Source: Selaginella moellendorffii
Lineage: Eukaryota > Plantae > Lycopodiophyta
DNA length: 9,386 nucleotides
Assembly: GCF_000143415.4 (NCBI RefSeq)
Contig: NW_003314606.1
Span: 1 to 9,386 of the forward strand
Reading direction: 5' to 3'
Both the position numbers and the translations under genes were made by a program. Shown in pieces: positions 1-7,758 of this stretch (its first letter is position 1; the number at the start of each line of letters is the position of its first letter). The notes under the pieces are model-generated. The model was not told the DNA's origin and did not search any database. It was given only the letters and a program-made list of their open reading frames with translations.

Positions 1-285
1 TAAACCACAGCTCACAACGCCGCTTACACAGCAGCGCTCACTGCGCTCAGCGGAACCAAGAACACGGCGCACAAAAATGATAGACCTAGGAATGAGTTCG
101 AGAATTCAAAAATAACACACGCTTGAATGTCACATCAAATCCTCTGACAAACCAGATCTTATGATTCCTCTGACAAATTTCAAACTGAGTAGCTTCTAGA
201 CTTTGCTGTCGGAGGTTGAACTTTGTCACATCATGTCCTTGCCTCCATCCAGCTGTGCCATGTCAGTGATTCGAACTTTACCATG

Positions 286-303
286 CCATGTCAGCGATCC
301 GCG
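286..303 (+). promoter_or_regulatory. Plant histone-promoter type I element-like motif (Hex + reverse Oct)
   Basis: CCATGTCAGCGATCCGCG against consensus CCACGTCANCGATCCGCG: one C>T change at a CpG. A weaker copy, CCATGTCAGTGATTCG, is at 258-273. Confidence 0.5.
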
Positions 304-357
304 CCAAGATTATTCGCCGTGTAAAGGAATAATTATGCTGTGTGTGTACGTCCATTT

Positions 358-1413
358 ATGGCAATATAAGGCCACATGCCATTCAAAGAATAATGCTAGT
401 CGAGCATCTTTTGGTGCATTTTTGGGTTCAAAATTGCATGAGCCCACACGCTATAAAGTTTACCTGTACCAAAAATAGAAATAGCTTTATTTACTTGGGA
501 ATTTATATGGCTGAGGCATTTTTAAACTTACAAACACATGCCCTACTTACATTCCTTTGGTTGCTTAAAATTCAAAAATATTATAAACTTTTCTTTTTGC
601 ATTTTCAATGTTTTCAATTATGGTTTTTGATTTTCGCAGGACCAGCCTAGTAATCTATTTGCATCCCGTCATGTTTATAGCTAGCTTTCGTTTGTCCCCT
701 TCGCTAGCCTGAGATACATTTGCTCGGCATCTGCCTCTTACAGCATTTGCCCAGAAAGGGCATCTTTCTTCACGCAGCATTTGCCACATGTTTAGGGTTA
801 GGGTTTAGGGTTTAGGGTTTAGCAATTCAGTAGCTTGATAAACATGCAAATACAGAACTTGATGCAAAATCCTTTGATATGTCACAATGCCCCTAGGACC
901 ATAAACACATTTCAATAGAGAGGGTCCTTTCATTTCATAACTCCTTATGTAGATCTTGGTGAAACCAGAGTTAGTGAAGTTGGTTTCTTGTGATCCCGCA
1001 TCTGATTGTGATGTCCCTTTGCAGTGTCGATGGAAAGGTCAATGCACACCAAATTGTAGAATCTTGGAGCAAAATAACGGTCGGATCTATGGCAAATGCC
1101 CTTGAAACATTGTAAGGCTCGTGTGGTCTCATGTGGTGTCCGATCGAGATGCTTCTTTGCAGGGTCATCAAGAAAGACATTGTATACCATTCTGTAAAAT
1201 CTAGTTGCGATCTAACGGTTGGATCTCCAGGAAACTCAAAACAATCTCGCGCATGTCAGAATATTCTAGGAATATACTCCTATGTGCTCCTGAAAATGGC
1301 ATGCGGCCCCACGCCATTCAAGAGATAACGCTAGATGACGCCGAGCATTTTTTGGTGCATTTTTGGGGATCAAAATTGTATGAGCCCACATGCTTGAATG
1401 TCATCCTCTGACA
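358..1413 (+). repeat. Imperfect ~95-100 bp direct repeat (358-454 and 1296-1396), each unit bounded by two palindromes
   Basis: Shared GCCATTCAA..ATAAYGCTAG..CGAGCATYTTTTGGTGCATTTTTGGG..TCAAAATTGYATGAGCCCACAYGCT. The second unit continues with GCTTGAATGTCA..TCCTCTGACAA, which also occurs at 121-150. Confidence 0.85.
791..822 (+). repeat. Interstitial plant telomere-like repeat
   Basis: TTTAGGG TTAGGG TTTAGGG TTTAGGG TTTAG. Confidence 0.9.
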
Positions 1414-1525
1414 ATTTATTTAGCTGAACATCTGGCATTTTTGGAAATACAAGATGCTTTGGAATATCCAATCATGCATGGTATAAATATAGCGAGGGTA
1501 TTAAATGATATCCCAATCATGATCT

Positions 1526-1949
1526 TTCTTTTGGATTTCGCGTGCATGCAGTCCGAGGAATGATGACGTTGCGGATTTCTTTTGGATTTCACGCATGCGC
1601 GCGCCGATCCAGAAATTAATGGTGGCGCCCAAGTCCGAGAAATGATGACGTGGCGGGATTACCAACCGTCGTGACATTTCGCGCGTGTGAGGTTAGGTTT
1701 TGCATTTTGCTTCGTACTCGCGCTCGCATCGCGCTCCCACTCGCGCTCCCACTTCTCTACAGGTTTCTCGTGTGCATCGGCGTCCACTCGCGCTTGCATC
1801 ACACTCGCGCTCGCATCGCGCTCGTGTGCATCGGCGTCCACTTCAAGACACACCCAGTTTGTAACTTCGCCGCTAACTCCGCCGCCCACTCCGCCACCCA
1901 CACGCAGCCCACTTGGCGTCCCGGGAGATTTCAGCGCCACTCTCCAACT
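1526..1949 (+). promoter_or_regulatory. CpG-rich putative promoter / 5' UTR region with Hex/G-box and E2F-like sites and short direct repeats
   Basis: Duplicated AGTCCGAGRAATGATGACGT(T/G)GCGG (~1551 and ~1632), TGACGTGG at 1646, canonical E2F site TTTCGCGC at 1677-1684, and repeats ACTCGCGCTCGCATCGCGCTC (1716, 1803) and CTCGTGTGCATCGGCGTCCACT (1767, 1821). It lies directly upstream of the first splice donors. Confidence 0.5.
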
Positions 1950-1995
1950 GTAAGTGGCAGAGTAGCCTTGCTGCTACGATCCGCTGCACACACAG
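1950..1995 (+). other. Probable 5' UTR intron (46 nt)
   Basis: GTAAGT at 1950 and CACACAG ending at 1995; the length fits the 45-56 nt class of the other introns. Confidence 0.4.
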
Positions 1996-2046
1996 TGCAC
2001 ATTCGCCAGCGAGTCCGGTTGTCACGCCTCCATTCGGCTTCAAATG

Positions 2047-2285
2047 GTAAGTCTTTTAGACCAAGTAGAAAATTGCATGAGGCCACATGCCATTCAGTAG
2101 CAACATTGGCATGCACCAATTGGGCTCTCGAGTGCAGTCCGGTTACAGATGGCGTGTAGCCTCACGCCATATTAGGATGCAGCCTCAAGACATCTGATGC
2201 AGTGGTGAATGGCGTGTGGCCTCACGTTATTTCCAGCTACTAGCTTTTCATCTGTCAGCTCTAATTGTTGTGCATTTCTGAACAG
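2047..2285 (+). other. Intron right after the start ATG (239 nt, phase 0) containing three palindrome copies
   Basis: Donor ATG|GTAAGT; branch-like CTAAT at 2261; acceptor TTTCTGAACAG|GCG in frame with ORF 2265. Confidence 0.6.
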
Positions 2286-2954
2286 GCGAGGAATTGCATT
2301 CTTCTTCCAGCCACTGTCAATGTGGATGCAGAGAAGGGGGAGGAGCTCACCAGTTGGACTTTCGGGATGGAAGGCGAGGATCTGAGGCTGTACAACACAG
2401 ATGGTGGGAGAAAAGAATGCATGGGGATCCTCATCCAAGTGACAAACACTCCATGCAGTTCCATGCAAGAATATGGACTGGCACTTGTGGTAGAGACAGC
2501 GTCTGCCTTCAAGATCCACCTTGCACATCCTAGTGGCTTCCCGGAGGGGGGCAGCGGCTATGAGGAATTCCTAGAGGGAGCTAGGGAGAGGTTGTCTAGG
2601 AGGCCCACAATTTCAAAGACGCTGCGGGTCTATGAAGATCACATGGAATCCACAGACCTCACCTACGGCGATGTTCAAAAACTATATTCCAACATTGAGC
2701 CGTTGAGAGTGACTCCAGTTCGCGAAGCAAAGGGGAAGGGGGTCGATCTGGAAACTACCTCGAAGCAGAAAAGGGTGGTCAAGCTCAAGCCGACGTCCGA
2801 CTCTCCTGCTCCAAAAAAGAAGCTACTCAGTGATGCCATTGCCTCGGGTTCGAACACTACACCCACCAAAAAGAAGAGCCGCAAAGAGCAGAAAGAGCAA
2901 GAAGAGGCAGCAAAAATCGTCGCAGATAATAGTACTTGTTACTATTCCAACAAA

Positions 2955-3350
2955 GTATATACAATCGACGTGAGCCGTATCGACATCCAAAGCAAATACA
3001 ACCACAGGCTAGTATCTGATGAGTGGGTGGAGAAATTGAAGCAGAAGATGCTGGCAAGTCCAGTAACACCCGACATCGCAGACGTGATCCCCTACTACCA
3101 AAAAATGAAGGGCGAGATGAGGTTTCCAGACTTGATCAATAGGAAGGTGTTGGACGATCAGAACATCCGGTTCTATGCCGTCTCCGGGCAGCATTCTAGC
3201 TTGGCGATGCAAGAGATAGTTGTGGATATTATGGTGGGCGAGGAGGTGAAGAAAGTCTTCAAGACAAGAGTTGTCCGCCTGATAAAAGGCAACTCGCCCC
3301 TCCGATCTATCATATACATCTCCCACGCGCAGAATGTCAAGCAAGAAACG
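2955..3350 (+). CDS. ParB/Sulfiredoxin-like N-terminal domain (part of exon 2286-3464)
   Basis: IDVSRIDIQSKYNHRLVSDEWVEKLKQKML...FYAVSGQHSSLAMQEI...VRLI...IIYISHAQNVKQE follows the ParB-N pattern: I.l..I....qpR...e.l.eL..si, then y.ii.G.hR..A, then aliEN. The GQHS motif is at 3186-3197. Matched by eye only. Confidence 0.65.
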
Positions 3351-4196
3351 TGCTACAAATCGGGTCTGCACGAGACATTGGCATGAACATGGAAGCTCTG
3401 GGTTCAACTGAAGAAGCCACAAAAACCAGGACAAGGACGTGCACTAGCAACTAGCGCCTGGCAGGTAAGCCTCGTTGTATGTGGCATAGCATGTGGCCTC
3501 ACGCCATTTCCATTGCAGGAATTCTTGAGTCTTCTCTCGAAAACACTGGGGGTCAATGACACACTCAGCATCCATAACATTCTACTCGCAACAAAAGTTG
3601 TTTTTGACAAATGGGTAGATGTGCTGAGGAGGTACCATGACGGGGAGTTGCCAAACTCAATGGGTGTGGAGGACGGCCGGAAGCCCAATGATTTGAAGCT
3701 CAACGCCTTGCGTTTCTCGCGGTCTCTAGACGACGACGACCTTCTGACAGTGGCTAATGCTCTTCTACGTGGTGAGGTTGTCTTCAACAAGACCAAAATG
3801 ACTCCCGGCCATATTGTGACATACGAGGACTTGTGCACGACTCTGAGAGCTCGTGCGCTATTGAAGGATTGGATCTTCGAGCAAGTGGCCGTGGAGAGGG
3901 TGAGCATCGACACCACGCAAGAGATGATGGAAGCGCTGGAGTTGTCAAATGAAGACATCGACGAGTACGTGAAGGGGGCCCCCAAGTTCATCGATCTGCT
4001 GCGGGATGCCACGAAAAGTAAAGCTGAGAAGTTGGATCAGTATCCAAATTTCATTAAGATTGATGTCGACCGCCGGCTTCAGAAACAGCTCAACCCCGCA
4101 GCAGAGGCCTATCGAGAACCTTACCGGGTATACTTGAATTCGGATGAGGATCAAAGGTGGAGGAGCATTGTTTCCCGCGGAGATGAGCAGGTCAAG

Positions 4197-4800
4197 AACA
4201 TCTTTTGTGTGATGGACTTCACAAACGAGGAGATCACTCATGCAGACGAAGTCAGCTCCATCATTGACTTAATGGTGGGACTTGCGGAGGTGGAATCTTC
4301 AGTCCACTATATGATCTACGACTCCGAATCCTATCACAAGTTCTGGAAGGCCTTGAACGAGGTGAAGGCTCGGTTGAAAGGCAAGGAGATGCGAGAGATC
4401 CATGGGATAATGGCTAAGAAGAAGATACCGACGAATGTCCGCATCTTCACACTCGCCCTTGTTATTGGTCCTGCAGCAGAGTGGGACTGGAGTGACTTCC
4501 CAGCTTCGTTCGACAAGGCCAATCGAATTGATCTGAGGGAGGTCAATTTACCCGTGCCTGAGGAACTGAAGACGGCTATGGAGCTTTCGAATCCAAAGAA
4601 AGCTCCAGGTGCAGCATGGGAAATGCTCAGCTGGGTCTTCAACGCAATAGCGGGTGGGTCATCTGCTTCCGACTCCAAGGGCAAATGCGTTGTCGAGTAC
4701 AACTACGGCGGACTATTCTTTCGAGCCGCACTACTCAAGGGTGTCCCGTGTGTTGCGGTGACAAACTCCATTGAAGAGGTGACTTCAATGGAGCATATAA
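4197..4800 (+). CDS. Degenerate beta-class (permuted) N6A/N4C DNA methyltransferase-like domain (part of exon 3519-4842)
   Basis: Motif order matches beta-class amino-MTases. IFCVMDFT sits where the motif IV strand and DPPY should be. SSVHYMIYDSESYHKFWKAL resembles the G.iyv....e...f..al segment. KKAPGAAWEMLSWVF resembles the QKP..l...li helix. GKCVVEYNYGGLFFRAALLKGVPCVAVTNS resembles GD.VLDPF.GSGTT..AA...GR.fiGiE. DPPY and FxGxG are not intact. Confidence 0.5.
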
Positions 4801-5679
4801 TTACAGTTGCCAAAGAAAAACAGTATCTTCTCAGCGAACCTGGTGAGTACGCACTTTAAGTTTAAATGTTATCTCACAAGCTCTGTATGCAGGAGCGTGG
4901 CCACCCCCAGATGCTGAAACGGCGTTAACAGCTACTGTTGAAGATACCCATGTTGGGCCGAGCTCACAACCTGCACAAGGTAAGGTCATGTGAGGCCTCA
5001 CGCCATTTTGATTATAGATCGTTGTGAATATTCAGACACGAGGACTGAAAAGCGCACTAGTGGCGCATCGAAGAAGGACAAACAGAAAAGCAATAGGAAA
5101 AAAGGAGGTACAAATTATATTTGCAATGGCGTGTGGTCTCATGCCATTCCTTGCAGGAGAAACTTCTTCAAAGGCAAAACAGGCAAGCACCAGCCAAGCT
5201 CAAACTGACAGTGGTCATAAAAAGCGAAAGCACGTTGGACAGTCGTCGAGATCAGAGGTGTTTGATTCGAAAAGGAAGAAGGGCAACGAAAAGATGATAG
5301 GTAATGCCTCGCGGTTATGGCGTGTGTGCTCATGCCATTCATTGCAGATCAAGGGCTGAGTGAAAGCAGGCAGTCACCACCTCATGACTCAGATTCCTAT
5401 GGCGGACTCCCCTTCCCCAATCTCAATGGAGAGGTACAATGGATGAGGGAAGCTTTTCAAGGCAGGGCCACGTTTTTCTCATCTCGTCGTCTTCGAAGGG
5501 TGCAAGAACGTGCAGAAACCATGTTAAGACAGTCGGGTGAGGATACGGTCCTAGGTCACGCACTAAAACAGGCTATGGATGTCTTGTATTTTGAGATGGA
5601 GACTCGGCCAAATGATTTTCCCAAGATGGTCCTGGAAGAACAAGCCATCCAGCCTGAGCAGCCTATGGAAGAAATGTAG

Positions 5680-5841
5680 GAGGGGGATGAGGAGCCAGAG
5701 AAAGATAATGAGCAGGAAGAGCAGAAGGACGAAGAGGAGGACAAAGAAGAGGAGGACGAAGAAGAGGAGGACGAAGAGGACTTGGATGGTCCTCACAATG
5801 GTGACGATCACAATAACGACGACGACGATGATGACGACGAT
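5680..5841 (+). repeat. Coding Asp/Glu acidic tract
   Basis: GAAGAGGAGGACRAA 15-mers three times from 5732, plus GAC/GAT runs. Reads EGDEEPEKDNEQEEQKDEEEDKEEEDEEEEDEEDLD...DDDDDDDD in the frame continuing past TAG 5677. Confidence 0.9.
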
Positions 5842-6299
5842 GGCCAGCCTGAGGTGGCCAAAGAGCGGCGGAGGAAGGTCATACAAGACAAACCATCAGG
5901 TAAATAATAATACATCCATTCCTAACCTTTTACCATTTTTACATTGTCCATGTAGGTCGCAGAGTAAATGGTAAGTAGAGATTATTCAGTTGAATTTACA
6001 AACTCTAGCCTTTAGTGTCGAGGAAGGATAGTGCCAAGCAAGGGTCGAAACGTATGTCCAATCCTTCAGAATCAGCAGTGCGCTCAAGTGATATCGGTCC
6101 TAGTTCCTCAATAGCAGTTGATGGTAAATACAGTATAGTCGATTCAATGTGCTAATGAGTTTGTTTTTAGTAGCACGGGAGGATACCATCTCAATCGAAG
6201 GGAGATATTTGGACATGCATATGGATCCGCCAGTGGACTCTACTTGGCTGCAAGAGTCATCAGAGCTGGTGGAGGCTACTATCCATATCAACGCCAAGC

Positions 6300-6650
6300 A
6301 AGCTGACCACGCTCCACTTGATGCTGCCCATACCACTGAGTCAATCTTGTCCACGTATCCAACTGACGGTGACCAGGCGCCATTGGACCCACATGAGGCC
6401 GCCCCAGCCGCCGAGCCGGTCGTATCCTCATTTCCAACGGACTCAACGTGTGCCCAATCGTCTGACTACGCGCCGTTGGAACCTCCGTACACTGCCCCTG
6501 CTGCCTGTTCGGTCATGTCCACTTTGCCAACGGAGGCACCAGCTGAAATGGCGTGTGATCACACGCCATCGGAACCACCCCATGCCACTGTTGAGCCAGT
6601 TGTACCAGAGTCTACAGCTGAAATGGCATGTGCCCACACGCCATCGGATG
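6300..6650 (+). repeat. Degenerate coding tandem repeat (~5 units of ~22-30 aa, Pro/Ala/Ser/Thr-rich)
   Basis: DHAPLDAAH..ESILSTYPT / DQAPLDPHEAAPAAEPVVSSFPT / DYAPLEPPYTAPAACSVMSTLPT / AEMACDHTPSEPPHATVEPVV / AEMACAHTPSD. Confidence 0.75.
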
Positions 6651-6802
6651 CGATTGACCCCACATTGCAGAGGAGAGTATTTCCGCCCTTCACGTTTCGT
6701 CGACCAAAACCCTCTCAACGACCATCGGGAGCAACATTCGCTAATATTGTAGATGGTAAAATTGACTTGTACCATTTTTTATGCTGACGCATTTCATTTC
6801 AG

Positions 6803-7665
6803 AGTCACGGCGAAGGTACTGTATCGTTTTTGATCTGAACGGTGTCCTTTTCTCCCATGAGCGTGGCTCGTCCTCGAATGTCATTGCACCCTCCAAAGCC
6901 TGCGGTCGCAAGTTGGTCAAAAGAGACAGATTCACATTAATCACACGGGAGAAACTGCGGGATCTAATAATGACCATGCGACACTTAAAACAGAGGGCCG
7001 GGTTCAATTTGCAATTGGGAGTTTGGACATCCATGATGCGCCACAATGCATTAACGTTGCTACAGATGATGCACGATCAGACGCGAGTAATATTACCATT
7101 TGACTTTCTCCTAACGCAGGAGGATTGCTTGACTATGGTCCATGTGAGGGGTAGCAAGCCCATCTTTGTCAAGCCAGAGGCTGTAGTGATGAACCGGACT
7201 GCTAGCTCAAGTGAAATCCTCATCATCGATGACTCGCCGATTAAAACTGCAGCGAACACGCACACATATGCAGTGCACCCCATCTCTTGCAGTATGGAAA
7301 CTAGGGAGAAGAAACCGTATGTTCTGGGGGACCTTGCAAAATGGCTTGGAGCGATGGTGATAGAGAACCGGCCAGTCCAGGAGGTGGCTGCAGAAATCAA
7401 CCAAATGGCAAATGGAACGGTATATCAGAAGCCATTTGATCGGACAGACACCAGTCATCATTTATGGCATGTATATTGTCTAGCCAAGCACTATCCGCAT
7501 CTCCATAATCTGCTCAACCGGATGGGTTCTTCGACCACTGAACATGAGCGTGGACGTATTAGAGAAGAGATGGCATTACTATTGGATTTAAATCCTGATA
7601 GTGTGGAGAGTGATGAAATTCCAAGATTATTGTATAGGCGTTGGAGGCAAAAAATAACAGTCTGA
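6803..7665 (+). CDS. Terminal exon: FCP1-homology / NIF (CPDc) family HAD phosphatase-like domain
   Basis: Motif I CIVFDLNGVL (6832), motif II LGVWTSMMRHNA, TQEDC, motif III KPIFVK, motif IV ILIIDDSPIKT (7228) and N...AVHP. These match the plant/fungal DLNG-type FCP1-homology subfamily. Confidence 0.8.
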
Positions 7666-7758
7666 GATGGCATGTATTTATTTAAAAATGTAACTTATTA
7701 TGGCATGGGGTTCCATGCCATTGTATTAATATTAAAAGACAATTCTTTGAGAGGATTT

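Larger units (their letters stand above)
3465..6802 (+). other. Nine short spliceosomal introns (45-56 nt)
   Basis: 3465-3518 (54), 4843-4892 (50), 4980-5035 (56), 5108-5156 (49), 5301-5347 (47), 5900-5955 (56), 5971-6015 (45), 6124-6170 (47; TAGTAG tandem acceptor) and 6756-6802 (47). All have G|GTR donors and YAG acceptors. Most have a CTNAY branch-like A 15-17 nt from the 3' end. Confidence 0.8.
2044..7665 (+). pseudogene. Spliced gene (~1,643 codons): ParB-like + DNA amino-methyltransferase-like + low-complexity linker + FCP1/NIF HAD phosphatase-like fusion, with two premature in-frame stops
   Basis: Exons joined by hand: 2044-2046 (ATG), 2286-3464, 3519-4842, 4893-4979, 5036-5107, 5157-5300, 5348-5899, 5956-5970, 6016-6123, 6171-6755, 6803-7665 (4,932 nt). 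All junctions are GT..AG and keep frame, linking ORFs 2265, 3513, 4990, 5024, 5317, 6149 and 6781. The only breaks are TGA 3384-3386 and TAG 5677-5679, and the frame stays open after each. The spliced start reads CAAATG|GCG (good plant context). The ATG exon is the least certain part. Confidence 0.75.
358..7721. repeat. Dispersed 22-bp spaced palindrome family ATGGCRTG-N6-CAYGCCAT (~14 copies)
   Basis: Copies at 358-382 (degenerate), 433-454, 1296-1317, 1375-1396 (degenerate), 2072-2093, 2149-2170, 2209-2230, 3486-3507, 4985-5006 (left arm degenerate), 5126-5147, 5317-5338, 6548-6569 (perfect palindrome ATGGCGTGTGATCACACGCCAT), 6623-6644 and 7700-7721. Arms are 8 bp with a 6-nt spacer (all but the first copy), often TGGCCT or AGGCCA. 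Confidence 0.95.

Noticed and set aside
203-2159. Short ORFs upstream (203-478, 342-650, 945-1190, 1650-2159 and others)
   Set aside because: No recognisable domains. They run through repeats, and the recurring RPHAI/ACGLTP peptides are just translations of the palindrome.
3384-3386. Selenocysteine, programmed readthrough or U-to-C editing of the TGA
   Set aside because: Land plants lack selenoproteins, U-to-C editing is organellar, and the second stop is TAG; mutation is the simpler explanation.
2265-7665. Reading ORFs 2265, 3513, 6149 and 6781 as a prokaryotic operon
   Set aside because: Their listed starts fall inside predicted introns, and GT-AG splicing joins them all in frame.
2172-7673. 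Minus-strand ORFs such as 3404-4012, 3009-3434 and 5563-5886
   Set aside because: They are antisense shadows of the + strand exons and of the acidic repeat.
358-7721. Palindromes as a CRISPR array or bacterial REP elements
   Set aside because: Spacing is irregular (60 to over 1,400 bp), there are no cas or RAYT genes, and the context is spliceosomal and eukaryotic.
1-7758. Calling the host locus a specific DNA transposon (MULE, CACTA, Helitron)
   Set aside because: No transposase, TIR, TSD or Helitron terminus is visible in the window, so mobility remains an inference.
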